The notes under the pieces were generated by a model. That model was not told the DNA's origin. It did no database searches and was given only the letters and a program-made list of their open reading frames with translations. The translations under genes and the position numbers were made by a program. Shown here one piece after another: positions 8,216 through 16,785 of a stretch of 32,000 nucleotides of DNA (the first letter of the stretch is position 1; each line of letters starts with the position of its first letter). Source of the stretch: Candidatus Brachytrichaceae bacterium NZ_4S206 (GTDB taxonomy: Bacteria > Chloroflexota > Anaerolineae > J036 > Brachytrichaceae); NCBI GenBank assembly GCA_042566265.1, contig JBHOMX010000025.1, positions 80,749-112,748 on the forward strand. Reading direction: 5' to 3'.

Positions 8216-9484
8216 ATGATCGGCGCGGGCAACCGCGCGACGTGGTCGTACGGACCCTATGCTTTGCAACACCCGGATGAAATTCAGTTCATTGCCGTGG
8301 CCGAGCCGGACCCCGAGCGGCGCGCGCGCTTCGCGTCGTATCACGACATCCCGGCCGACATGCAGTTCGCCTCGTGGGAGGAGCTGGCCGCGCGCCCGCA
8401 ACTGGCGCGTGCAGCGGTGAACTGCACACAAGATCGCATGCACCATGCCAGCACCCTGGCGCTGCTGCACGCCGGCTACGACGTGTTGCTGGAGAAACCC
8501 ATCGCGCCCACCCGCGACGAATGCGTCGAACTGGTGGAGACTGCCGAGCGGCTGGGGCGCATGTTGCAGATCTGCCACGTGCTGCGCTACACCGCTTTCT
8601 TCACCGCGCTTTACGACATCGTGAACAGCGGCCGGCTGGGGCGCATCGTCACGATTGACCACCGCGAGAACGTGAGCTACTGGCACATGAGCCACAGCTT
8701 CGTACGCGGCAATTGGCGCAACGAAGCTCTGTCGGCGCCGATGATCCTCGCCAAGTGCTGTCACGACTTGGACATTTTGATTTGGGTGATGGGGCGGCGC
8801 GTGACGCGGCTTTCGTCGTTCGGATCGCTGATGCACTACCGCGCCGAGCAAGCGATGGAACTCGCAGGCGCGGCGATTCCATTGCGCTGCACCGATGGCT
8901 GCCCGATCGAGGCGACCTGCCCCTGGTATGCGCCGCGCCTGTATGGCGCAGACATCCATCAACGCTCGAAGCTAGAACCGTTCGAGACGCATGGCTTCAT
9001 GCTCACCGCCGCCGACATGTTCAACACGCTGCCGGAGGAGCGCTGGGAGAAGCTGAAGACCAGCCCCTACGGCCGATGCGTATATCACTGCGACAACGAT
9101 GTAGTGGATCACCAAACGCTCAACCTCGAATTCGAGGGGGGCGCGACCTGCACCTTCACTATGCACGGCCACAGCGACCGCGAAGGCCGCACGCTGCGCT
9201 GGGATGGCACGCGCGCCACGCTCTACGGCGACTTCAGCGAAGGCCGGCCGTATTCGCTCCGCATCGTGGAGCACGGCAGCTTGAAGGAAGAGGTGATCCA
9301 TCCGACCGGCGATGGGAGTGGCCACGGCGGCGGTGACTTCGGCCTGATGCGCGATTTCGTGAAAGCGCTGAACGGCGAGCACACCAAGCACCAGACCACC
9401 GCGCGCGTGTCGCTGGAGAGCCACCTGCTGGCGTTTGCGGCGGAAGAGGCGCGCAAGAAAGGGCGCGTCGTGGAGATGGCGTAA
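8216..9484 (+). CDS. Gfo/Idh/MocA family NAD(P)-dependent oxidoreductase
   Basis: Rossmann start MIGAGNRATWSYGP, the LLEKPIA motif and a long alpha/beta C-terminal domain. The start is uncertain: AAGGAGG at 8182-8188 is better spaced for an in-frame CTG at 8195 than for ATG 8216. Confidence 0.8.
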   Translation: MIGAGNRATWSYGPYALQHPDEIQFIAVAEPDPERRARFASYHDIPADMQFASWEELAARPQLARAAVNCTQDRMHHASTLALLHAGYDVLLEKPIAPTRDECVELVETAERLGRMLQICHVLRYTAFFTALYDIVNSGRLGRIVTIDHRENVSYWHMSHSFVRGNWRNEALSAPMILAKCCHDLDILIWVMGRRVTRLSSFGSLMHYRAEQAMELAGAAIPLRCTDGCPIEATCPWYAPRLYGADIHQRSKLEPFETHGFMLTAADMFNTLPEERWEKLKTSPYGRCVYHCDNDVVDHQTLNLEFEGGATCTFTMHGHSDREGRTLRWDGTRATLYGDFSEGRPYSLRIVEHGSLKEEVIHPTGDGSGHGGGDFGLMRDFVKALNGEHTKHQTTARVSLESHLLAFAAEEARKKGRVVEMA

Positions 9485-9531
9485 ATCGTAGCGGCGCCCC
9501 GGTGCGTATAGAGGCGCGCTATGGCCCACCT

Positions 9532-11826
9532 CTACTTTCTCCCGAACCGAGATTGCAATAGCGCCCGACGCAGGTAGCTGCGCGCATGCGCCCAGGCCGA
9601 CAGCGCTTCTGCGTCATTGCCTTGGCCGCGGGCGTCCTTCGGCGGCGCGAAGCGTTTGTGCACATAGAGATCGGTGATGCGCTGCACCGGCGCTTGTGCT
9701 TGCGGCGCGCGCTGCGCCAGTGCCTCGGCCTGCTCGTAGGGCGTGAACTGGCGTTGCTTGCCGACACCGAGCCAGCCGGCGTAGCGAGTGATCAGCGCGT
9801 ATGCGCGCTCGACCGCCGGCAGCTTGCTCAACCCTGCGCTTTCGAGATAGCGCAACACCCCTAACGCTGCGGCGATCAGCAGCGGAATCAGCAGCAGATA
9901 AGGCAGCCAACTGTTGCGCAGCCGATTGAGCGCCTCGGATAGGCCGTTCGCTCCGGGGTTCGTCGCAGGCGGCGGATTGGCCGGTGCGTCGGGTTGCACG
10001 GGCTGTGGCTCGGGCGTGGGCGTGGCAGCTTGCGCCGCTTGCGTCTCCTCGGGCTGCGGCGTGAGTGTAGGCGGTGGCAGTGTCGGTGCGGGGGTCGGGG
10101 TGACCTCGGCCTGCGGCTCGAATCGCTCGATCGGCGGCTGGCCGGCGGTCGGCTCGAACTCCACCCAGCCGTAGCCGGGGAAGAACACCTCCACCCACAT
10201 GTGGCTGTCGTCGCCCTTGACGTGGTAGAGCGCGCGATCGGGGACGTTCGGGTCGAGCGCCATTTCGCCCTGGGCGTAGCCGACCGCCACGCGCGAGGGG
10301 ATGCCGAGCGAACGCAGCATGGTCACCATCGCCGTCGCATAATAGTTGCAATAGGCGCGCCGGACGTCGAAAAGGACGTAGTCGCTGGCCTCGACGCCGG
10401 GCGGCGGCGCAGGCAGTTGTTCGTCGTAGGCGATGTTATCCCTCAGCCAGCGCTCGACGGCGGCTGCTTTGTCGAACATCGTCGGCGCGCGCGCCGTGAT
10501 GTTGCGCGCCAGGTCGACCACGCGCGCGGGCACTTGCGGTGGTAACTGCAGGTAGCGCGCGGTCCAAGCCGGGTAATCCGACGGCGCTGCGCGCAACTGC
10601 TCGACGTTCGCAATGCTCACCGAGCCGATGGCCGAATAGCGATTTCCGTCGAGCAAAGGCACGGGCAGTCTGAGCTGGATCAGGTTCACGGTGGCGTTGC
10701 TCACCTGCTCGAAGATGGCCTGCGCGCCGACGCTGGCGCGCAGCGGTTGCAACGGCGCGTAGATGCTGTCGGTGCCGCGGTATAGGCTGAAGTCGGCCTG
10801 CACTGGTGTGCGCTCGGCGTAGCCGGCCAACGGAATGTTGACGTCGAACGGCTGAGCGTTGGTCGCGGTCTCGACGGTGTTCCGCCAGGTCAAGCCATCG
10901 TAGTAGTCGTAACTGGCAGCGCGCCAGTAATAGCGCGCCGGCGGCGCGACCACGTCCATGATTGGCTCGGCGGTGAGGTTGCGCGGGCCGCTGAGCGTGA
11001 CCGATGAAGCGTAGCTATCTACCTCGCGTGAGATGTTGTTATTCAGGTTGGCGAACAGACGGTTCCAGCGCGCGAGCAGCTCGTTGTAGGGTTGGTTGAG
11101 CTGTTCGAGAAAGTTGCGGCCGGCTGCCGAGGTCGTCGCCTCGCCTAATCGCCATCCGAACAAGCCGGCGATTGCGGCGATAGCGAGGCTGCCGACGACG
11201 AACCATCGCCCCAGGGTAGGCGAGAAGCGCACCTGGCTGTGCAACCAGCCGGCCTCGCGCTCGGCCAGATGCGAAAGCGCCAGTAACGTCACGGCGCATA
11301 GCAGGTAGATCAGTAAGAACGGCGCCATCGGGTTCTGGCCGGCGTAATAGTAGACGTCGGAGAACATCGCGACGCCGGTCGGAAGGATCACGTGCCAGAT
11401 GCGCCGGTGACGGAAGGAATACCATGCAGCCGTGTAGCCCAGCACCCAGAACAGCCCGCTCAGCAACAGGATGAAGATCACCGGCTCGCTGCTGGCACCG
11501 TTGTTCAACGCCTCCCCGAGCCAGACGAAGATCTTCTGGAAGAGCAACGCAGCGCGCGCGCGCCAGTCGCCCGTCTCTCCGGCGACGCTGGGATGCGTCG
11601 CGCCGATCACGCCCAACGTAAACAGCCCATAGACCATACTAGTCAGGTGCGCCGTCCAACTGGGGAAGCTGCTGTAGGCCAGCGCGGTGCCGGCCAGTAG
11701 GCCCAGAGCTGCCGCCCAGGCGATGACGCCCAACCCCGGCATCCACTCCGCCGCGACGATGCTGCCCACTGCAGCGAACAGCATGGCGAAGAGGACGAGG
11801 AGGGTAATCAGGTCAGATCGTTTCAC
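9532..11826 (-). CDS. Transglutaminase-like multi-pass membrane protein (TgpA-like)
   Basis: Polytopic N-terminus. Transglutaminase core YCNYYATAMVTMLRSLGIPSRVAVGY ... SHMWVEVFFPGYGWVEFEPT (Cys/His/Asp). Pro/Thr-rich linker, then a C-terminal TM segment plus a DUF4129-like tail. Confidence 0.85.
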   Translation of the reverse strand: MKRSDLITLLVLFAMLFAAVGSIVAAEWMPGLGVIAWAAALGLLAGTALAYSSFPSWTAHLTSMVYGLFTLGVIGATHPSVAGETGDWRARAALLFQKIFVWLGEALNNGASSEPVIFILLLSGLFWVLGYTAAWYSFRHRRIWHVILPTGVAMFSDVYYYAGQNPMAPFLLIYLLCAVTLLALSHLAEREAGWLHSQVRFSPTLGRWFVVGSLAIAAIAGLFGWRLGEATTSAAGRNFLEQLNQPYNELLARWNRLFANLNNNISREVDSYASSVTLSGPRNLTAEPIMDVVAPPARYYWRAASYDYYDGLTWRNTVETATNAQPFDVNIPLAGYAERTPVQADFSLYRGTDSIYAPLQPLRASVGAQAIFEQVSNATVNLIQLRLPVPLLDGNRYSAIGSVSIANVEQLRAAPSDYPAWTARYLQLPPQVPARVVDLARNITARAPTMFDKAAAVERWLRDNIAYDEQLPAPPPGVEASDYVLFDVRRAYCNYYATAMVTMLRSLGIPSRVAVGYAQGEMALDPNVPDRALYHVKGDDSHMWVEVFFPGYGWVEFEPTAGQPPIERFEPQAEVTPTPAPTLPPPTLTPQPEETQAAQAATPTPEPQPVQPDAPANPPPATNPGANGLSEALNRLRNSWLPYLLLIPLLIAAALGVLRYLESAGLSKLPAVERAYALITRYAGWLGVGKQRQFTPYEQAEALAQRAPQAQAPVQRITDLYVHKRFAPPKDARGQGNDAEALSAWAHARSYLRRALLQSRFGRK

Positions 11827-11833
11827 TCGATTT

Positions 11834-11862
11834 CACCACGAAGGCACAAAGATACGAAGAGG
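11834..11862 (+). repeat. CCACGAAG-type repeat, copy R1 (downstream flank of GxxExxY gene)
   Basis: CACCACGAAGGCACAAAGATACGAAGAGG. About 23 of 28 positions match the reverse complement of 12297-12327. Confidence 0.7.
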
Positions 11863-11879
11863 TTCTGTCCTAACGGTTC

Positions 11880-12284
11880 TTAGAGGACGAAGCGCTTGAT
11901 CCCATGCTTGATGAGTGGGACGTTGAAGTTGATAAGAAATCCTAGGCGTTTATGCGAGAGTTTCAAGTAGGTCAATAACTGAGCCTCGTGGACGGGAAGG
12001 ATGACCTCAACAGCCTTCAACTCGCATATCACGAGTGACTCAACGAGTACGTCTATTCGAAAGCCTTCATCAAATGCCACGCCATCGTAGGTCACTGGAA
12101 CCACGACTTGACGCACGCAGTGAAACCCTTGCTTGGTTAGGGTATGGCAGAAGCACGCTTCATAGACGCTCTCCAACAAGCCCGGCCCCAGCTCTTTGTG
12201 CACAGCAAAAGCCGAAGACACAATCGCAGCAGCGATTCGCTCCTCGCGCTCGCTCAAAGGACTTGTCACTCGTTGTAGTCCCAT
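11880..12284 (-). CDS. GxxExxY protein (PD-(D/E)XK-like family)
   Basis: 134 aa with LGPGLLESVYEACF (the GxxExxY motif) and FRIDVLVESLVICELKAV, typical of this family. Confidence 0.85.
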   Translation of the reverse strand: MGLQRVTSPLSEREERIAAAIVSSAFAVHKELGPGLLESVYEACFCHTLTKQGFHCVRQVVVPVTYDGVAFDEGFRIDVLVESLVICELKAVEVILPVHEAQLLTYLKLSHKRLGFLINFNVPLIKHGIKRFVL

Positions 12285-12296
12285 TTCGTTGTATTA

Positions 12297-12327
12297 CCCC
12301 CTTCGCGTCTTCGCGCCTTCGTGGTTC
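12297..12327 (-). repeat. CCACGAAG-type repeat, copy R2 (upstream flank of GxxExxY gene, inverted relative to R1)
   Basis: The reverse complement reads GAACCACGAAGGCGCGAAGACGCGAAGGGG and shares ACCACGAAGGC...AAGA..CGAAG with R1. Confidence 0.7.
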
Positions 12328-12334
12328 AGACCAA

Positions 12335-13777
12335 TCAAATGTGAATCGGCAATCCGCCCACGCCCTCGGCGGCTTCCATCAGCGATTCGCTCAGTGTGGG
12401 GTGCGCGTGCACGGCGCGGGCGATCTCCGCCGGCGTCAGCTCGGCGTTCTTGGCCAGCACGAACTCCGGCAGCAGCTCGGTCACGTCCGGCCCGATGCAG
12501 TGTACGCCGAGGATCTCGCCGTATTTCGCATCGGCAACGACCTTGACGAAGCCTTCGGTGTTGTTCAACGCCAGCGATTTGCCGTTGGCGCGCAGCGGGA
12601 ACTTGCCCACCTTGACCTCGTAGCCCTTCTCTTTGGCCTGCGCTTCCGAGAGGCCCATGCTCGCCACCTGCGGGATGGTGTAGGTGCAGCGCGGCATCGC
12701 GTCGTAGTCGAGCTTGGGGATATGGCCGTGATACTTGCCCATCTTGGCAGCGATGGACTCCGCGGCTACTACACCCTGCGCTTGGGCAACATGCGCCAGC
12801 CGCAACTTGCCGGTCACGTCGCCGATGGCGTAGATGCCCGGCACGTTCGTCGCCATGTGGTCGTCCACCTCGATGTAGCCGGCGTGATTCACCTTGACGC
12901 CGACCTTGTCCAGACCGATGCCCGCGGTGTTCGGCGTCACGCTCACGGCCACCAGCACCCACTCCGACTTGACGGACTGCATCCCCTTGTCACTCTCGAA
13001 GAACACTTCGACGCCGTCTGCGCCGACCTTGGCGTCGGTCACCTTCGCGCCGGCGATCGTCTTGATGCCCCGGCGATTGAACGAACGGGTGATCTCGGCG
13101 CTGATCTCCTCGTCCTCTAGCGGCATGATGCGCGGCAGCGCCTCCAGCACGGTCACGTCCGAGCCGTAGGCGTGAAAGACGTAGGCGAATTCCATGCCGA
13201 TCGCGCCGGAGCCGATCACCACCATGCTCTTCGGCGCGTGTTGTACTTCGAGCAGTTGCCGGTAGGTGAACACGCGCACGCCATCGGGTTTCAGAAAGGG
13301 CAGCACCAGCGGCTTCGCGCCGGTCGCCACGATCAGATTGCTGGCCGTGATGGTGCGCTCTTCGCCGCGGTGCTCGACGAGGATCGCGTTCGGCGCGACG
13401 AGCGTCCCATCACCGATGAACACCTTGATGTCGTTCTTCTTCATGAGGAACTCGATGCCCTTCACCAGGCGGTTGCTCACCTCACGGCTGCGCTTGTAGG
13501 CCTTGGCATAGTCCACGCGCAGGTTGTCATAGCTGATGCCGTAGGCCTCGCCATCCTTGATCAGCTCGACGACCTCGGCGTTGCGCAACAACACCTTGGT
13601 GGGGATGCACCCCCAGTTCAAACAGATGCCGCCCAGTTGATCGCGCTCGATCAAGGCGACCTTCAACCCCAGTTGTGCGGCGCGGATGGCGGCGACGTAG
13701 CCACCGGGTCCTGCGCCGAGGACCGCAACATCGAACATCGGAGCGCCGTTGGAAGATGTGACAGAGACCGTTGCCAT
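12335..13777 (-). CDS. lpdA: Dihydrolipoyl dehydrogenase (E3)
   Basis: FDVAVLGAGPGGYVAAIRAAQLG (FAD site), GGICLNWGCIPTK (redox disulfide) and HAHPTLSE near the C-terminus. The track ORF extends to 13882 with an implausible leader. ATG 13777 (MATVSV..) or ATG 13738 (MFDVAVLG) are the likely starts. Confidence 0.9.
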   Translation of the reverse strand: MATVSVTSSNGAPMFDVAVLGAGPGGYVAAIRAAQLGLKVALIERDQLGGICLNWGCIPTKVLLRNAEVVELIKDGEAYGISYDNLRVDYAKAYKRSREVSNRLVKGIEFLMKKNDIKVFIGDGTLVAPNAILVEHRGEERTITASNLIVATGAKPLVLPFLKPDGVRVFTYRQLLEVQHAPKSMVVIGSGAIGMEFAYVFHAYGSDVTVLEALPRIMPLEDEEISAEITRSFNRRGIKTIAGAKVTDAKVGADGVEVFFESDKGMQSVKSEWVLVAVSVTPNTAGIGLDKVGVKVNHAGYIEVDDHMATNVPGIYAIGDVTGKLRLAHVAQAQGVVAAESIAAKMGKYHGHIPKLDYDAMPRCTYTIPQVASMGLSEAQAKEKGYEVKVGKFPLRANGKSLALNNTEGFVKVVADAKYGEILGVHCIGPDVTELLPEFVLAKNAELTPAEIARAVHAHPTLSESLMEAAEGVGGLPIHI

Positions 13778-13853
13778 ACGAGCGATTATCCCACCGCCAT
13801 CTGAACGTTTCATGACCGGAGCGCCTAACGTCACGGGCACGAGCGTTTGAAGT

Positions 13854-13907
13854 AACCACAAAGACACGAAGACACCAAGCACTTTGAGCCCTCGTGTCTT
13901 CGTGGTT
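13854..13907. repeat. Hairpin copy of the CCACGAAG-type repeat in the lpdA / RNase H-like divergent intergenic region
   Basis: AACCACAAAGACACGAAGACAC ... GTGTCTTCGTGGTT. There is a perfect 11-bp stem, CACGAAGACAC (13865-13875) with GTGTCTTCGTG (13894-13904). Confidence 0.7.
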
Positions 13908-13951
13908 GTTTTGAAGCGCTGCTACACACAACAGACATACAATCAGGCCAC

Positions 13952-15217
13952 ATGAACCCCGATCTGCGTGAGCGATTGCGGCGGCTGGGCGTGCACAAGG
14001 GCGCCGCGCAGCTCAAGCCATCGCGGCCGGCGCCGCAACCGGATCACGGCGGCGCGCTGGCGCGCGCGCAACTCGAACCACTGCGCACCCCGTTCGGCTA
14101 TGCCTACGTGAGCCGATCGGCATATGCGCTGGCACATCGCCATGGCGATCGCACCCTCGACGCTGCGCTGCGCTATGCGCCGGAGTTGCTCGCCCGGCTG
14201 ATCTCAGGACGCGCCGCTGTTGAGGTGGACCTGCGCCAGGCGCTGTTCCTCGACACCGAGACGACCGGCCTGAACGGCGGCGCCGGCACGTTCGCCTTTC
14301 TGGTCGGCCTGGGGTATTTCGACGACGAGCGCTTCGTCGTCGAGCAGTTCTTCCTGCGCGACCCGGCCGAGGAGGCCGCGATGCTATGCGAGGTGAACCG
14401 GCGCGTCTATGACCGGCAGCACATCGTCACGTTCAACGGCCAGGCCTTCGACGTGCCGCTGCTGGAGTCGCGCTTCATCCTCTCGCGCATCACGCCGCCT
14501 TTCGCCGGCAAGCATCACCTCGACCTGCTGTTGCCGGCCCGGCGCGTCTGGCGCGGCAGCCTGGACTCGTGCAGCTTGGGCTCGCTCGAGTTTCACCTGC
14601 TCGGCGTGCGGCGCGAGCAGCGCGACGTGCCCGGCGCAGTCATCCCGTTCCTGTATCGCGAATATCTGGCTGCCGGCGGCGGTGACCTGAACGAGGACAT
14701 GCAGCGCGTGATGTATCACAACCTGAACGACATCCTCTCGATGGTCGCGCTGGTGGCGCGCCTGGCGGACGCACTCACGCAGCCGCAGGATGCCGCCGAG
14801 CACTTCAACGCAGCCCGATTCTATGAGCGCGCGGGCGACTACGCCGCCGCCGAGCGCGGCTATCGCGCAGCAGTTGGGCAATTGGGGATTGAGAGACTGG
14901 AGATAGAAGATTTGTCCAATCTCCAATCTCTAATCTCTGATCTCCCGCTTGCCTCCCTGCGGCATGTCGCGCGCTTCATGAAGCGCCGTGGGCATCTGGA
15001 AGAGGCGCTGGCCATCTGGCAACGTTTGGCGGAATCGGACGATGTCGAAGGCTTGATCGAGATCGCCAAGCACTACGAGTGGCGCGCGTGCGATCCCGAT
15101 CGCGCGCTGGCCTACGCGCGACGTGCGCTGCGGGCAAGTGCCAACTCAGCGCTGCGCGAGGCGATCGCGCATCGGATCGCGCGGCTGGAGCACAAGGCAC
15201 TTCGATCCAAAGCGTAA
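13952..15217 (+). CDS. RNase H-like (YprB-type) exonuclease-fold domain protein with helical-repeat C-terminus
   Basis: ALFLDTETTGLNGGAGTFAFLVGLGYF and IVTFNGQAFDVPLLESRF fit the RNase_H_2/YprB-type DEDD-like fold. The C-terminal half is helical and TPR-like. Confidence 0.65.
   Translation: MNPDLRERLRRLGVHKGAAQLKPSRPAPQPDHGGALARAQLEPLRTPFGYAYVSRSAYALAHRHGDRTLDAALRYAPELLARLISGRAAVEVDLRQALFLDTETTGLNGGAGTFAFLVGLGYFDDERFVVEQFFLRDPAEEAAMLCEVNRRVYDRQHIVTFNGQAFDVPLLESRFILSRITPPFAGKHHLDLLLPARRVWRGSLDSCSLGSLEFHLLGVRREQRDVPGAVIPFLYREYLAAGGGDLNEDMQRVMYHNLNDILSMVALVARLADALTQPQDAAEHFNAARFYERAGDYAAAERGYRAAVGQLGIERLEIEDLSNLQSLISDLPLASLRHVARFMKRRGHLEEALAIWQRLAESDDVEGLIEIAKHYEWRACDPDRALAYARRALRASANSALREAIAHRIARLEHKALRSKA
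14884..14946. repeat. 63-nt imperfect palindromic element (ATTGAGA-type) inside the RNase H-like CDS, in frame
   Basis: GGGGATTGAGAGACTGGAGAT agaagatttgtcca ATCTCCAATCTCTAATCTCTGATCTCCC. The arms pair (GGAGAT/ATCTCC, GATTGAGAGA/TCTCTAATC). It is translated as GIERLEIEDLSNLQSLISDLP and is locally AT-rich relative to the gene. Confidence 0.6.
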
Positions 15218-15342
15218 AGGCGCGTTCCGTTGAGGATCGTTGTTGAGAAGATAGTCGGAGGTTTGAGCGCCTGTGCATCTCCCGGTCGCGGCACGATGCT
15301 GTCCGCCGAGATGAAGCGAGCCAGTTTGTCGCGAGCAACGCT
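15196..15342 (-). pseudogene. Eroded third RHS core-tail remnant (no toxin domain)
   Basis: The minus strand reads SVARDKLARFISADSIVPRPGDAQAL (15342-15265). After a 1-nt frame slip it reads SDYLLNNDP (15259-15233). Compare the intact tails LARFISADTIVPDPANPQALNRSAYVLNNPLRYTDPSGH and KRFISPDSIVQAPSDPQTLNRYSYTRNNPLRYVDPSGH. Extension to 15196 (PLRFGSK) is tentative. Confidence 0.5.
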
Positions 15343-15361
15343 TTACATCAGCGGAACTATG

Positions 15362-15937
15362 TCAAACGCAAGAAGGCCTCCCTATATCAAAGATGTCAAC
15401 CTGTCGTCTCTCAAGTAACTCCTCAAACTGGTCGGTCCCTTTATCTTGGAGATACTGATACTCAGATAATGAGATCAAACAAGCCAAGTAGACTCGACCT
15501 AATTTCGAGTTGCAAATTAGTTCTCCAAAACCTTCGGAAAGTCCGAATGGCTGAGCAAAGTAAATAGCCTGTTTCCCGAATTGTTGAGCGAATTCAGGAG
15601 AGATATTCTTGATACCACTCACAGCCGTTCCTCTATGTAACACCAGCCGATTTTCGACCATATAGAACAAGGCATTGGCTAGCAAAAAAGGAATATGTGC
15701 CCATCCAACACTCGCCGGCAGAATCACCTCTGCCAAATTAGCAACAGCGTCTTCGTACAGAGACAACCCGAGAGAGCAAAATGCACGACATCCTGAAAAG
15801 ACGTTGTCGAAAGTCAAGATTTGTATGCATTGCGCCCCCTCATCCTCTGGACAAAACACCTGATGATCAATCGGCTCTGAGCCTAGATGTAAAACGAAGT
15901 GATCGAAATAGCATAAACCCAATTGTTTCTCATTCAT
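15362..15937 (-). CDS. SUFU-like immunity protein (cognate to the upstream GH-E nuclease module)
   Basis: Start ATG 15937 overlaps the toxin stop (CATGAATGA; 8-nt overlap). 191 aa. The layout fits bacterial suppressor-of-fused-like immunity proteins: QILTFDNVFSGCRAFCSLGLS, ...VYLACLISLSEYQYLQDKGTDQFEELLERRQVDIFDIGRPS. The track ORF (to 16114) adds 59 implausible codons that overlap the toxin. Confidence 0.65.
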   Translation of the reverse strand: MNEKQLGLCYFDHFVLHLGSEPIDHQVFCPEDEGAQCIQILTFDNVFSGCRAFCSLGLSLYEDAVANLAEVILPASVGWAHIPFLLANALFYMVENRLVLHRGTAVSGIKNISPEFAQQFGKQAIYFAQPFGLSEGFGELICNSKLGRVYLACLISLSEYQYLQDKGTDQFEELLERRQVDIFDIGRPSCV

Positions 15938-16785
15938 GCCTCTCCCTTTGCTCAAATTTCTTACTACGGTTGCAGGACGGACATTGCGCTCTAAGTTTTG
16001 ACACGTCGTTGAATTCATCAAGCACCTGCTTGCGCGTCCAACCAAATATGTTGACGATTCTATCTCGCCAGGGCGGGGTGTGATCCAAGTCTGGCTTCGC
16101 CATTGGTTGTCCACAAGTTGGGCAGATCATTTCTCCGCGATCATTTCGTTGAGCTTTAGATTCAACTGCCTCACGTATCCCTTGTCTGAAATGACGTGGC
16201 CGCTTCGTTACACTTCCGCTTTCATCCTGCACTGTCAACAGTCCGCCAATCTGCAGCGTCGCGCTGCCCTGTAGCGGCGTGGTGAGCTGCAACCCGCCGC
16301 TCTCCCCCGGCCAGCAGGTATCCGCTGCCGGCCCCTACGCCCCGCACCGGCCCCAGCGGGTAGCCCAGCGCCGGCGCAGGGTCAATCTGCGGCCCGGATC
16401 CCGCCGTGTGGGTTGCTATCGGGCCGGCAACGTCCAGCGGATTGGTCAGGAAATCAATCCGCGGCGGTGGCGTGGTTGCGTAGTAAATCGCACCAGCGGC
16501 GAGCAGACCCAAGCCCGAGACCGCACACACCGGGGTAACCGGCGGCACGAAGCAGTGTCCACTCGGATCAACGTAGCGCAGCGGATTGTTTCTTGTATAG
16601 CTGTAGCGGTTGAGCGTTTGCGGGTCGCTCGGCGCTTGCACAATGCTGTCCGGCGAGATGAAGCGCTTGCGGCCCAAATGGGCTGTGCCAGCAGCGGCAA
16701 GGAGTAGCGCGCGTTGTGTTACCCTAAGTGCAGGCATGCCGCCCGCCTTGAGCAGCACTAGCTCGTCACCAAGGACGTTGCCGGC
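15930..16785 (-). pseudogene. Orphan RHS C-terminal module 2: RHS core tail + GH-E-type HNH/EndoVII nuclease toxin domain, interrupted by a +1 frameshift
   Basis: The frame opens right after the TAG of the upstream immunity gene. It reads RKRFISPDSIVQAPSDPQTLNRYSYTRNNPLRYVDPSGH (RHS core end), followed by a hydrophobic/Gly-Pro linker. After a frame change (most simply at the G5 run, C5 on plus strand 16304-16308) it reads RPRHFRQGIREAVESKAQRNDRGEMICPTCGQPMAKPDLDHTPPW...LDEFNDVSKLRAQCPSCNRSKK, which matches the GH-E nuclease pattern as I recall it. No upstream RHS repeats. Confidence 0.7.

Noticed and set aside
15938-16114. N-terminal 59 codons of the 250-aa ORF 15362-16114
   Set aside because: They overlap the GH-E nuclease domain in another frame. 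The internal ATG 15937 shows a classic toxin-stop / immunity-start overlap.
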